Assembly (NCBI GenBank): GCA_965220875.1
Contig: OZ244849.1
Span: forward strand, 1,815,606-1,879,605
From: Gammaproteobacteria bacterium
Lineage (GTDB): Bacteria; Pseudomonadota; Gammaproteobacteria; UBA4575
Reading direction: 5' to 3'
Length of the DNA stretch: 64,000 nt
Shown here: piece after piece, positions 1 to 8,621 of the stretch
How the letters are laid out: every line of letters begins with the position of its first letter
Position numbering within the stretch: the first letter of the stretch is position 1
Program-made: the position numbers and the translations under genes
Notes under the pieces: generated by a model
What the model was told of the DNA's origin: nothing
The model's input: the letters and a program-made list of their open reading frames with translations, nothing else
Databases searched by the model: none

Positions 1-804
1 ATTAAAAAATAGGTGATGTACACATGCCTCTGAAGTAATGGACTTTTTTGCTATATCACCTCGTGAAAACAGTTCCAGTTCTCTAGCAGTTGAAATATGT
101 AAGACATGCAGCTGCGTTCCATACTTTCTTGCCAAATTGACAGCTTTCTGGCTAGATGAGTAGCAAGCTTCTTCTGACCGAATTACTGGATGAAATTCAA
201 TGGGAATATCGTCTCCATATTTGTCCATATATTTTTGAAGATTTCGTTTGATTATAGGGGTATCCTCACAATGCGTTATAACTGGAACAGGTGCATACCT
301 GAAAATACCTTCTAGGGCATCTTGACTGTCTACCAGCATGTCACCGGTGGAAGCTCCCATGAATACCTTGACTCCGCAGGCAAGATTTTTGGGTACTCGT
401 TTAATTTCCTCCAAATTGGTGTTGCTCGTACCCATGTAGAACGCATAATTTGCCCGTGCTCGTTGCAGTGCCGCCTGGTATTTTTTCTGTAATAACTCGA
501 CAGTTAAAGTGGGCGGGCTTACATTTGGCATGTCCATAAAGCTAGTTATTCCGCCTGCAATTGCTGCAAGTGATTCTGTAGCTATGTCTCCCTTATGGGT
601 CAGACCAGGTTCACGGAAATGAACTTGGTCGTCAATCATCCCAGGAATCAAGAACTTGCCTTTAGCGTCAATTAGGCGCTTAGCCTGCTGATGCAGCAAG
701 TCCCCTCCGACTTGCTTGATCCTTTTTCCCTTGATCAAGACATCTTTTTCAGAAATATCATGATTATTGACAATGCTACAGTTTGTAATTAAGAGGTCGT
801 ACAT
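1..804 (-). CDS. pyrC: dihydroorotase (amidohydrolase superfamily), N-terminal part only; C-terminus lies off the window
   Basis: Own reverse-strand translation from ATG (rc of 802-804): MYDLLITNCSIV...PGMIDDQVHFREPGLTHKGDIATESLAAIAGGITSFMDMPN...ITHCEDTPII. Open to base 1. Absent from the ORF track because it is truncated. Confidence 0.8.
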   Translation of the reverse strand, partial: MYDLLITNCSIVNNHDISEKDVLIKGKRIKQVGGDLLHQQAKRLIDAKGKFLIPGMIDDQVHFREPGLTHKGDIATESLAAIAGGITSFMDMPNVSPPTLTVELLQKKYQAALQRARANYAFYMGTSNTNLEEIKRVPKNLACGVKVFMGASTGDMLVDSQDALEGIFRYAPVPVITHCEDTPIIKRNLQKYMDKYGDDIPIEFHPVIRSEEACYSSSQKAVNLARKYGTQLHVLHISTARELELFSRGDIAKKSITSEACVHHLFFN

Positions 805-906
805 TAGGTATACTTGTGATTAAACTTTTTGAGATCAAATGGTTAAATGAAGAAATTCAATTATAGTCTAATTAAGAAGTATTGGATTTTTTGAAAATTT
901 GAGCAT

Positions 907-1110
907 CTATTCCAGCCTGTTCACAAGCTGATATATAGCAATCAGAATTCCAAAGCTCACATAGAGCCCCAATAAACAGATCAGCATCAACAAGCCTAAT
1001 TGTACGCTTACCGAGCCTGACCGAACTAAAACAAAAACTGTTGCGACCAACAGTATGAATACTAAAACTGCACTGACTACAAACCAGATGCTTTTACGAT
1101 TGCCAGCCAT
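907..1110 (-). CDS. small two-TM membrane protein, unknown function
   Basis: 67-aa ORF with two long hydrophobic stretches (IWFVVSAVLVFILLVATVFVLV; LGLLMLICLLGLYVSFGILIAIY). Confidence 0.4.
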   Translation of the reverse strand: MAGNRKSIWFVVSAVLVFILLVATVFVLVRSGSVSVQLGLLMLICLLGLYVSFGILIAIYQLVNRLE

Positions 1111-1428
1111 CAGCTTGCTGGTCTATACACCGCATTAGTCACTAAAAAAATTACCTACCATACATAGCCAATATTGCCCCAATTTATGCGCTTGATTGAG
1201 ACAATATTCTCTAAATTATTTTTTTATTTTAAATAAATGCTTAGAGTGCAGTCAGGCAACATAAGCTGATGAACATATGAAAAGCAGCACAATTTTAAAA
1301 ATCCCAAAAATTGTAGATCACAGAAGACTACCTGGAAAAACGCCTATCTAGACAGACTACTCGCCCAGGCCGTTGCATAACTAATGACTGCTACTGATGT
1401 ATCAGGTTTTAAAAGCCTGATAGTTAGC

Positions 1429-1692
1429 CTATGGATTTAAATCCATTACTTCTTCCACTTTATCGAATGGAAGTGAAGCTTCTTTATTAACTTTTTCAAC
1501 TGTTTCCGCACAGTCTGCCTCAAACAAACACGTACATCGCGAATCTTCTGGATAGAAATTGCTTCGGATATACTTGACAGGTGTGCCTTCTGCAGCAATT
1601 TTATTACTCGTATCAATAGCTGCCTTCTGAGCATTCGCTAAGTTATCCATCGTAATCCCAGGCAGTTTTCTTTGAACTGCATATACTGGCAT
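1429..1692 (-). CDS. DUF4242-like small protein
   Basis: 87 aa. The pattern MPVYAVQRKLPG...L..AQKAAIDTS......VKYIRSNFYPEDSRCTCLFEA resembles the DUF4242 family as I recall it. GGAGG precedes the ATG. Confidence 0.55.
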   Translation of the reverse strand: MPVYAVQRKLPGITMDNLANAQKAAIDTSNKIAAEGTPVKYIRSNFYPEDSRCTCLFEADCAETVEKVNKEASLPFDKVEEVMDLNP

Positions 1693-2290
1693 GTTGAACC
1701 TCCTCCATAAAACGGTAATACCGATTTTTTTTATAATAGGGTGATATCTTCTTACAAGATACCCTGCTTATTATGATTTTCAGCCTATCCTAAATACTTA
1801 GTACAGTATTAAGGCTGGCCCATAACAGAAATAGTAATCTAGATAACTGAAATAATGCAATAATAATAAAGCTAATCCAACTCGCTGACTATGTATTTTC
1901 ACACACTCGTCTATCATTAGCCTTATGTGACCACAAAAAACATGTTGCATCCACACAGCAAACGTCTCACATTGGGCATTCCCAGGTAAATCTGCCTTGC
2001 AATTTGTTTTAGGCATAATTTCTGTAATATTTTCAATTCTGGGGATCGGTCTCATTCATTTAGAAACAGTTGAAATTAAAAAACATGGTTTCAGCCTTGC
2101 AAGCTTTGGTTTTATCCTGTTTGGAACTTTGTGGGTAGGAGGCTGGGTTACCATGGCCGTCAATTATTTTTTCGACTGAGTTCCCTCTGTCTTTGACAAA
2201 GATAATTCGAAACCCAAAGTAAACCAAGAACTAGGCTATGCAAATAACCAGATAATTACTTTTTGAAGCAAGTTCCGACCCAGAAAGAAA

Positions 2291-2320
2291 GAACGCCTGG
2301 CGTGCGTCTGCCAGGCGTTC
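2291..2320 (-). terminator. rho-independent terminator downstream of the DUF1097 gene
   Basis: Perfect 11-bp inverted repeat gaacgcctggc / gccaggcgttc with an 8-nt loop. On the minus strand it is followed by a U-rich run (rc of cagaaagaaa). Confidence 0.55.
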
Positions 2321-2357
2321 TGAAATATTAGAACTTCTGTATAGTTATATTTGTCAG

Positions 2358-2876
2358 TTAATTTGAAGTTAATGCAGCGCCAAGTTTTCCGGAAATCATG
2401 CCAAGGACGGCTCCAATAACAGCTGAAATCACGACAACAATAATTGCATTGTTTGAGCCACCAGTGAGTGCCCCCATAGTCAATGCACCCTCCGTTTGCA
2501 ATGCATAGGCTGCAACACTTGCGTAACCGAATACACTCGCAGGTATTGAAGAAAACACTTCAACATGAGCTAGCAAGCACATAATCAGCACAGTCACAGC
2601 CACGACTATTCCAGCCCAAATAGGCACTGTAAGCGTCCCAGCTAATGGTATACCCAAAAATATTAGTAATCCTATCCATGCTATCAAGGCGCCTGCAATA
2701 TTGCATACGATTGTGTTTTGTAATGCCTTTCCATCACCACCTATAGCAAAAAAGCATGCCCAGCTTATAAATACAATCCAAATCACGACAATACCTGATA
2801 ATGGACCTAAACATAATGCTGTCGCTATACCGCCTAACACGCCTATGCTGATTGATAATGCAACAAGATTCGACAT
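2358..2876 (-). CDS. DUF1097 (YcdZ-like) inner-membrane protein
   Basis: 172 aa, about 5-6 TM segments, Gly/Ala/Ile-rich, resembles the YcdZ family. AGGAGGAG precedes the ATG. Confidence 0.6.
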   Translation of the reverse strand: MSNLVALSISIGVLGGIATALCLGPLSGIVVIWIVFISWACFFAIGGDGKALQNTIVCNIAGALIAWIGLLIFLGIPLAGTLTVPIWAGIVVAVTVLIMCLLAHVEVFSSIPASVFGYASVAAYALQTEGALTMGALTGGSNNAIIVVVISAVIGAVLGMISGKLGAALTSN

Positions 2877-3120
2877 AATTTACTCCTCCTATCGATTAGA
2901 TTGTGCTCCTAACTTCAGTAGGCCTAAATAAGAATGATTATTCATTTCCAGATCAAGCTATTCATGCCAGTTGCTAAGTGCTTTACTAATGAGAAAATTT
3001 ATTTAACATTTATTCATCAAGATTGAAGCTGTAAATTTGCTAAGTAGCATATCCTCCCAATTAAGTTTCTCACTTCCTGCATAATAATATCTTATACTAG
3101 TGCAAGTCATCCATTTTTTA

Positions 3121-3150
3121 TTGGATATGTAAAAGATGGCACGCTTAAAT
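3121..3150 (+). promoter_or_regulatory. candidate sigma70 promoter for tRNA-Ser
   Basis: TTGGAT (3121-3126), 18-nt spacer, TTAAAT (3145-3150), about 28 nt upstream of the tRNA 5' end. Confidence 0.3.
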
Positions 3151-3177
3151 GATTCGTGTATTCTAACCCGTCGAATC

Positions 3178-3262
3178 GGAGAGGTGGCAGAGTGGTCGAA
3201 TGCGGCGGTCTTGAAAACCGTTGACTCGAAAGGGTCCGGGGGTTCGAATCCCTCCCTCTCCG
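3178..3262 (+). tRNA. serT: tRNA-Ser, anticodon UGA, long variable arm; CCA not encoded
   Basis: GGAGAGG acceptor pairs with CCTCTCC. Anticodon loop is CU-UGA-AA. Long variable arm is gttgactcgaaagggtccggg. T-loop is GGTTCGAATCC. Collinear with E. coli tRNA-Ser(UGA) as I recall it. Confidence 0.95.
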
Positions 3263-3529
3263 CAAGTCACTTAACGGATACACTTTAGGCTGTGTACCAT
3301 CAGTCCCCGCATAATATCGGCATCGGTTTTATGTATATCAAAACCAGGCTTCTTACCACCAGCACTGATGAAGCTGTTATAGCTTGCTTCTATCGAAGCT
3401 AACTATTCAGCAAAAGACAACAATTAACTTTCCCATATTCTGTAAATTCTGTTTCAGAAACCGCTGCAGACATTGTTTAAAAGATCAGTACTTTATCTGA
3501 TTATTCTAAATAAATATGTAATCACATAC

Positions 3530-3871
3530 CTAAACATGAAACATTAGATATGCACCTGCTACCCAACAAACGACAAGACCAATCACAGCAACATACTGCA
3601 CAAAAGACCGAAGAACCCCAGTCAAAACCAAGGCGAGAAGTAATCCTAATACTATTACAATTATAGAGTCCCACCATGCGCCTAATTTCACAGACGCGTA
3701 GGCTGACCCTAGTAGAGCAACATAGGCAACCAGTTTTATTAGAGAAGTATCAGAAACAAACATACTACTAATCCACCAATCCTTGTTTTTCACGTAATAC
3801 GGGTATGCAATGATGATCCATGCAAAGGTAGCCAAAAGAGTAAAAACTACTGTCGACGCTTGTAAATTCAA
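3530..3871 (-). CDS. membrane protein, unknown function
   Basis: 113-aa ORF with 4 predicted hydrophobic helices. Confidence 0.45.
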   Translation of the reverse strand: MNLQASTVVFTLLATFAWIIIAYPYYVKNKDWWISSMFVSDTSLIKLVAYVALLGSAYASVKLGAWWDSIIVIVLGLLLALVLTGVLRSFVQYVAVIGLVVCWVAGAYLMFHV

Positions 3872-4366
3872 TTCTTTTCCAGATTTTGTTTTGTAAAGAG
3901 TGATTAGGATAGATTTCTCTTTGAAATTTTAGCAATACAGTGCTGAATTCAACAGTAGCTGACCATGTATCCACAAATTTATAGTTTAAATATTACCTGC
4001 TTGGACTCAACTCACCGGCTGCGATTTGAAGCGAGCGTAATTCATGGCCAATTCAGCATAGAAGTTTTAAATCCGAAAAGGAATGCCAGGCTGCTCATCA
4101 TCCTGAAATTCATTTAGCAGATTTTCAAGATCTTTACCCGTAGATATGATGCTCAAATTATCTTGCCAAAGCAGAATTCCCTATACCAAATTACACTTGC
4201 ATGTCACTCGGTCTTCACTCCTGGACTTGATCTTGCTGACTTTGCTAACTCTATAAAGCAACCATTTGGATTGACAATAAAAATGTGTAGAAATTCTAAA
4301 AATGATGCACTACTTGGTATATAATTATCAATAAAATGCATCAACTAACTTGGAGGGCAACCAGCT

Positions 4367-4462
4367 ATGCCTGATGGTGTTGGAATTTTAATTTTTGCTA
4401 TATTTGTAGCTGTCTACTTTATTATCATGGTACTAGCGAAAGACAAGAAAAAAGATAATTGA
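4367..4462 (+). CDS. 31-aa hydrophobic peptide with Lys-rich tail (MPDGVGILIFAIFVAVYFIIMVLAKDKKKDN)
   Basis: Own translation. GGAGGG (4352-4357) lies 9 nt upstream of the ATG. One TM helix plus a basic C-terminus. A hairpin follows about 95 nt downstream. Confidence 0.35.
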   Translation: MPDGVGILIFAIFVAVYFIIMVLAKDKKKDN

Positions 4463-4555
4463 AATCGGGCACTATGTATGTCCGGTAATTGATCGCTGAT
4501 TGCCAAAGTACCTTGTATTCTAAGCTCCTTTATTTCTCTTAAATTAAAGGGGTAG

Positions 4556-4586
4556 CTTCCAAATGGAATAACATGCCATTTGGAAG
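4556..4586 (+). terminator. perfect 11-bp hairpin (terminator of the small peptide gene, or operator upstream of the SnoaL-like gene)
   Basis: cttccaaatgg (4556-4566), 9-nt loop, ccatttggaag (4576-4586), followed by tgttctattgtt. Confidence 0.35.
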
Positions 4587-4645
4587 TGTTCTATTGTTAA
4601 ATTATAACCTGGTCCAAACGTGAAACTACAACGCTGAGTTGCACC

Positions 4646-5101
4646 ATGCCCAACACTCAAACCATGGATGTTAGGAAAGAAATTACAGAAATTGTAAACA
4701 GGGAAACGCGCGCATTTGACACTCAAGATATTGATCTCTTCTTGAACATTGTCCATCCTGACATGGTTTGGCCTTGGCCACCAAACGCAAATGCTCATGA
4801 CCCGATAGAGTGGGTATTACCTTGGGGAAAATTCAATTACCAGCGTTGGTACAAGTATTTCGAAAAATTTTTTGAAAAATATAATTTGGTACATAATTCC
4901 CGCACTATAGAAAACATTGTGATTTCAAGTGAAGAAGACGGTGCATTTGCAGTAGTAGATGTTGATACTTTATGGGAATCTAGAACAGGTGATGAATTGC
5001 ACTGGGTTGGCCGGACCTGCAAAATTTATACAACAGTAAGAATGAAGCAATGGAAACTAATCGCCCAGGTAGGCATTCTGGATTATTCTAGTTTCAAATA
5101 G
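4646..5101 (+). CDS. SnoaL-like / NTF2-fold (DUF4440-like) protein
   Basis: 151 aa. The pattern EI...VNRETRAFDTQDIDLFLNIVHPDMVW...W.GR..KIYT....WKLI is typical of the NTF2-like fold. Confidence 0.55.
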   Translation: MPNTQTMDVRKEITEIVNRETRAFDTQDIDLFLNIVHPDMVWPWPPNANAHDPIEWVLPWGKFNYQRWYKYFEKFFEKYNLVHNSRTIENIVISSEEDGAFAVVDVDTLWESRTGDELHWVGRTCKIYTTVRMKQWKLIAQVGILDYSSFK

Positions 5102-5125
5102 AAATATAGATTTTTGTAGCTAATT

Positions 5126-5455
5126 CTAGTTACCTTCTTTCTCAATCTTCATAACACTTGCAGAAATTATGATATATGAAATTAGTAGTCCTAGCGGCCC
5201 GAAGGCAACAGTCAAAATCACCCAAAGTAATGGATTTTTGTTAAGGAGGTTTACGAGGCAAACCATATAAAATAAATAAATAAGACTAAGAACAACACTA
5301 ACGCTGATGATTACAGCGAGCCAGCTGTTATGTTCACCAGTAAACTGGTACCTATCAGCATAGATGTAAATCGCTACAAACATAAACATGAGCAAGACAA
5401 AGCTAAGCTTCATTCGTTTAAAGGCAGTTTGTAGCGTGCTAGTAACCTGCACCAC
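5126..5455 (-). CDS. small membrane protein with PLDc_N-like C-terminal motif
   Basis: 109 aa. The C-terminal segment LWVILTVAFGPLGLLISYII resembles the PLD N-terminal membrane domain. Confidence 0.45.
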   Translation of the reverse strand: MVQVTSTLQTAFKRMKLSFVLLMFMFVAIYIYADRYQFTGEHNSWLAVIISVSVVLSLIYLFYMVCLVNLLNKNPLLWVILTVAFGPLGLLISYIIISASVMKIEKEGN

Positions 5456-5541
5456 TGCGTATATGTTTTGCAGAAATGCGCTAAATCTAATCCAGCCCTG
5501 GCCTAACCAAACTCAATTGGTAACCGTGGTGTGACAATCGC

Positions 5542-7029
5542 TTAATCTCCGTCATCAAGCAAGTTCTCCCTTAATGTTTTACCTCGATAATCGGTCCGCA
5601 ATAAGCCTCTTTTCTGCATTTCAGGTGTAATCAAATCAGCAAAGTCTTCAAAACAACCAGGAGTGTATGTAGCAACAAGCATAAACCCATCTGCCCCTGC
5701 ATCCATGAACACCTCCATCTGATCGACAACATCAGCAGGACTTCCGATAGCACGTGGCATTCCCATGCCCTGTGCATAGATCAAAGCTGCTTCTTTTACG
5801 GTGACGGGCCCTCCTCCCTTGGCATAAATTATGGACTCAAATAAACCTTGAATTCCCGGAATTTCAATGTTTTGTACAACATCATCTAACTCATAGGTCG
5901 AAAAATCCGGTCCAAAATGTCCTGATATCCAAGCAAGGGCTCCCTCCAATGGAATGTGAGACATTATCCTCTCATACTTTTCTTCAGCCTCAGCACGCGT
6001 TGGGGCAACTATCGTCTGCAATCCATAGATTCGTTTCACACTATTAGGCTCGCGATTGAACTTTGTATAGCAGCGCTCATTCAAGTCATCCCTGTATTCA
6101 GCCATGCGCTCTACATTTGGGTGAACTGCGAAGATCGCTTCTGCATGTTTTGCAGCAAAGTCCCTGCCACGGGGAGAAGAACCAGCTTGCCACAAAACCG
6201 GAGATACTTGTGGAGACCGGTAGCAAAAATGCCTACCTCTGCATTTGAAAAAACGCCCATCGAAATTGATTTCACGAACTTTTTCAGGATCAGCAAATAC
6301 CCCAGATTCACGATCAGCAACGATAGAATCTTCCTCCCAAGAATCCCAAAGCTGATAGCAAAGGTCCATGTACTCTTCCATTCTTTCATACCGTAAAGAA
6401 CGGTCAGACATTTCTGCTCCATAGGCGTCCCATTCGCTCTTGGAATACGAACTAACTATATTCCAGGCAACTCGTCCTTTGGTAAGGTGGTCTAAACTTG
6501 ATAAATGACGGCACATTGCATAGGGGTGCACAAATGCAGTTGACAAAGTCACCCCAACGCCTAGGTGCTTGGTTGCATGACCTATAATTGGCACGATAGT
6601 TGCCGGTTCATGAACTGGACACTGCACAGCATAGCGTACAGTGTCATCAGAGCTTTGTTTGTAATTATTGTATGGTGCCAGCTCATCTGCGATAAACATC
6701 GCATCAAACTTACCGCGCTCCATTGTTCTTGCCATATGAACCCAGTACTCAGGCTCAGAAAACTTCCAGCCACGCTTGTCTCGATGGTTTCGCCACATTC
6801 CAGTTGCATGACTATTTAATCCGTGTTGGATAAAACCCAGCAGGTGTGCTTGCTTCCTTTTTTTCTTCTTACGCGATTTAGCTGTTACAACTGGATTGGC
6901 TTTTTGGATATCAAGCAGTTCTCTGGCAAATTCACGTGCAACTTTCTTTGCGTCTTTTCCCTGAGGCAAGTTTTTCATTGTCCATTTATCATTTTTCTGC
7001 TTTGTTTTCGTCTTACTTTTTGTGGTCAT
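5542..7029 (-). CDS. FMN-dependent LLM-class monooxygenase, NtaA/SnaA/DszA family, with Lys-rich N-terminal extension
   Basis: 495 aa. The core starts at HLLGFIQHGLNSHATGMWRN, the usual family N-terminus, then AMFIADELAP...GRVAWNIVSS. GGAGAGGAG precedes the ATG. Confidence 0.85.
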   Translation of the reverse strand: MTTKSKTKTKQKNDKWTMKNLPQGKDAKKVAREFARELLDIQKANPVVTAKSRKKKKRKQAHLLGFIQHGLNSHATGMWRNHRDKRGWKFSEPEYWVHMARTMERGKFDAMFIADELAPYNNYKQSSDDTVRYAVQCPVHEPATIVPIIGHATKHLGVGVTLSTAFVHPYAMCRHLSSLDHLTKGRVAWNIVSSYSKSEWDAYGAEMSDRSLRYERMEEYMDLCYQLWDSWEEDSIVADRESGVFADPEKVREINFDGRFFKCRGRHFCYRSPQVSPVLWQAGSSPRGRDFAAKHAEAIFAVHPNVERMAEYRDDLNERCYTKFNREPNSVKRIYGLQTIVAPTRAEAEEKYERIMSHIPLEGALAWISGHFGPDFSTYELDDVVQNIEIPGIQGLFESIIYAKGGGPVTVKEAALIYAQGMGMPRAIGSPADVVDQMEVFMDAGADGFMLVATYTPGCFEDFADLITPEMQKRGLLRTDYRGKTLRENLLDDGD

Positions 7030-7127
7030 GATTCGGCTTCTCCTCTCCTAAAGTTTAGCGCACTTGAATCAAAAAACTTTTGAAACCCTGTGCTTATGAT
7101 TTTATAGGCATTGTCAGCTGCTACTTT

Positions 7128-8156
7128 TCATGCTGCACGTAATTGAGGTAAAACTGTTTTACCAAATTTTTCAGCATCATCCAGCATGTTTTCAAACTGA
7201 CATAATAAAATGTCTACACCATAGCCTTGCAACAATTTTAAACGATTCAATATAGTGGCACGATCTCCAATCAGGCTCGCATCAAATCCACAATTTGAAT
7301 CAACCATTTGCTCGTCAGTCAGCCCTTTCCACATCGTAGCTCCTGACTCCGCCATGATTCGTTTAAAGCCTTCTATCAAGTCTTGCTGTCTACCGGAAAG
7401 TATTTTCATGTACCTGCGCTCGGCCTGCTCTTTTGTCTCGTCCAAGATAACAAATACACTCATTGCAATCTTGACTTTGTTTCTATGTTTGCTTTCTAGA
7501 TCTCTTATTTGCTGAATGGTTTGTTCTAACTCCTCATCAGGCATGCTATCAATAAAAAATACATCTCCGTATTGAGCCACAAGCCTTTGAGCATCTGTCG
7601 ATTGACCACTGATCCATATTGGAATTCTACCCTCTTCTAAGTCTTCCATTGCTATCAGGGCATCCTGCAGTAAGAAATATTTTCCGTTGAAAGAAGTGTT
7701 TTCTCCAGTCCATAGCTGCTTGAGGCATTGTGTGAATTCTGTTGCACGCTGGTAGCGCCCTTGGTGATCTAAATACTCAACTCCACATTGAGTAAACTCC
7801 TTCTTCCACCATCCACAGACTATGTTAATAGACAGCCTATTATTACTTATATGGTTAATGCCGTGCGCCATCCTGGCCAAAGGTAATGGGGAGTGAAATC
7901 CTGGCTTTGTGGCAACCACAATGCTTATCTTTGAAGTATTTGCTGCAAGAGCTGCAGCATATGCCCATGCATCGGCAACTTCCTGACTTGGGCCGTAAAC
8001 AACATTCAAGTAATTTTCAGAGACATAGATGTAGTCATAACAGCTAGTTTCAGCACGACTGGCAATTTCATTGCAAACTGCAAAAGATGGCCGGTATTGG
8101 TGATTTTTTATACGTAACCACCCCCCATATACAGGCACCCAAATACCTACTTTCAT
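7128..8156 (-). CDS. FMNH2-dependent monooxygenase, SsuD/SfnG-like (LLM class)
   Basis: Start taken at the internal ATG (MKVGIWVPVYGGW...), 21 codons downstream of the ORF-track start at 8219. The motif NIVCGWWKKEF...GRYQRATEF...LWTGENTSFNGKYF parallels the SfnG/SsuD family. Confidence 0.8.
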   Translation of the reverse strand: MKVGIWVPVYGGWLRIKNHQYRPSFAVCNEIASRAETSCYDYIYVSENYLNVVYGPSQEVADAWAYAAALAANTSKISIVVATKPGFHSPLPLARMAHGINHISNNRLSINIVCGWWKKEFTQCGVEYLDHQGRYQRATEFTQCLKQLWTGENTSFNGKYFLLQDALIAMEDLEEGRIPIWISGQSTDAQRLVAQYGDVFFIDSMPDEELEQTIQQIRDLESKHRNKVKIAMSVFVILDETKEQAERRYMKILSGRQQDLIEGFKRIMAESGATMWKGLTDEQMVDSNCGFDASLIGDRATILNRLKLLQGYGVDILLCQFENMLDDAEKFGKTVLPQLRAA

Positions 8157-8265
8157 GCTTTGATACCCACTGCCTGCCACAAAAGTAAAAATGACTCTTA
8201 AAATTAAAGGGGCACACAAGCAGGTTTACCTGTGTGCCCCCTAAGAGAAATAAGAAGTAAAAGGT

Positions 8266-8577
8266 TTAGTAATTTCCCGATGCTCTCATCATGCGCTCAT
8301 AAAAGAACGCAAAACCTACCATAAAGGTTGTCACTACCGCTAAAATCGGCCCAGCGTAGACGAATATCGGGTTGACGCCTACTAAAGCAATAATCACTGC
8401 CGATGCGATAACTGCGAGCGCAATAGTCACTGTGTAAGCACTGTCCTTATACTCCGTGATTTCCTTGTCTTCTTCAACGTCAGTAAAAGATTGCTTAATT
8501 CCCGTAGCATATCCCGCTGCATATAGGACTGTAGCAACCGCTCCAATTATTAAGAAAAATATAAATAACCCTGACAT
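8266..8577 (-). CDS. small 3-TM membrane protein, possible accessory subunit of the adjacent symporter
   Basis: 103 aa and hydrophobic. It lies 44 nt downstream of the SSS transporter on the same strand. Confidence 0.5.
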   Translation of the reverse strand: MSGLFIFFLIIGAVATVLYAAGYATGIKQSFTDVEEDKEITEYKDSAYTVTIALAVIASAVIIALVGVNPIFVYAGPILAVVTTFMVGFAFFYERMMRASGNY

Positions 8578-8621
8578 AGTTCACCTCTCAATTTGATTTT
8601 CAAGCGAATATAGTTGAAAAA

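Noticed and set aside
1798-2179. Two mutually overlapping small ORFs: 85 aa on the minus strand and a 60-aa TTG-initiated 2-TM ORF on the plus strand.
   Set aside because: Neither has an SD or a canonical start context, and they exclude each other. The plus-strand peptide looks membrane-like but the evidence is too thin to call.
4067-4180. Minus-strand frame ..LWQDNLSIISTGKDLENLLNEFQDDEQPGIPFRI, reminiscent of an antitoxin C-terminus.
   Set aside because: It has no start codon, spans only about 36 codons between stops, and gives no family-level match I can defend.
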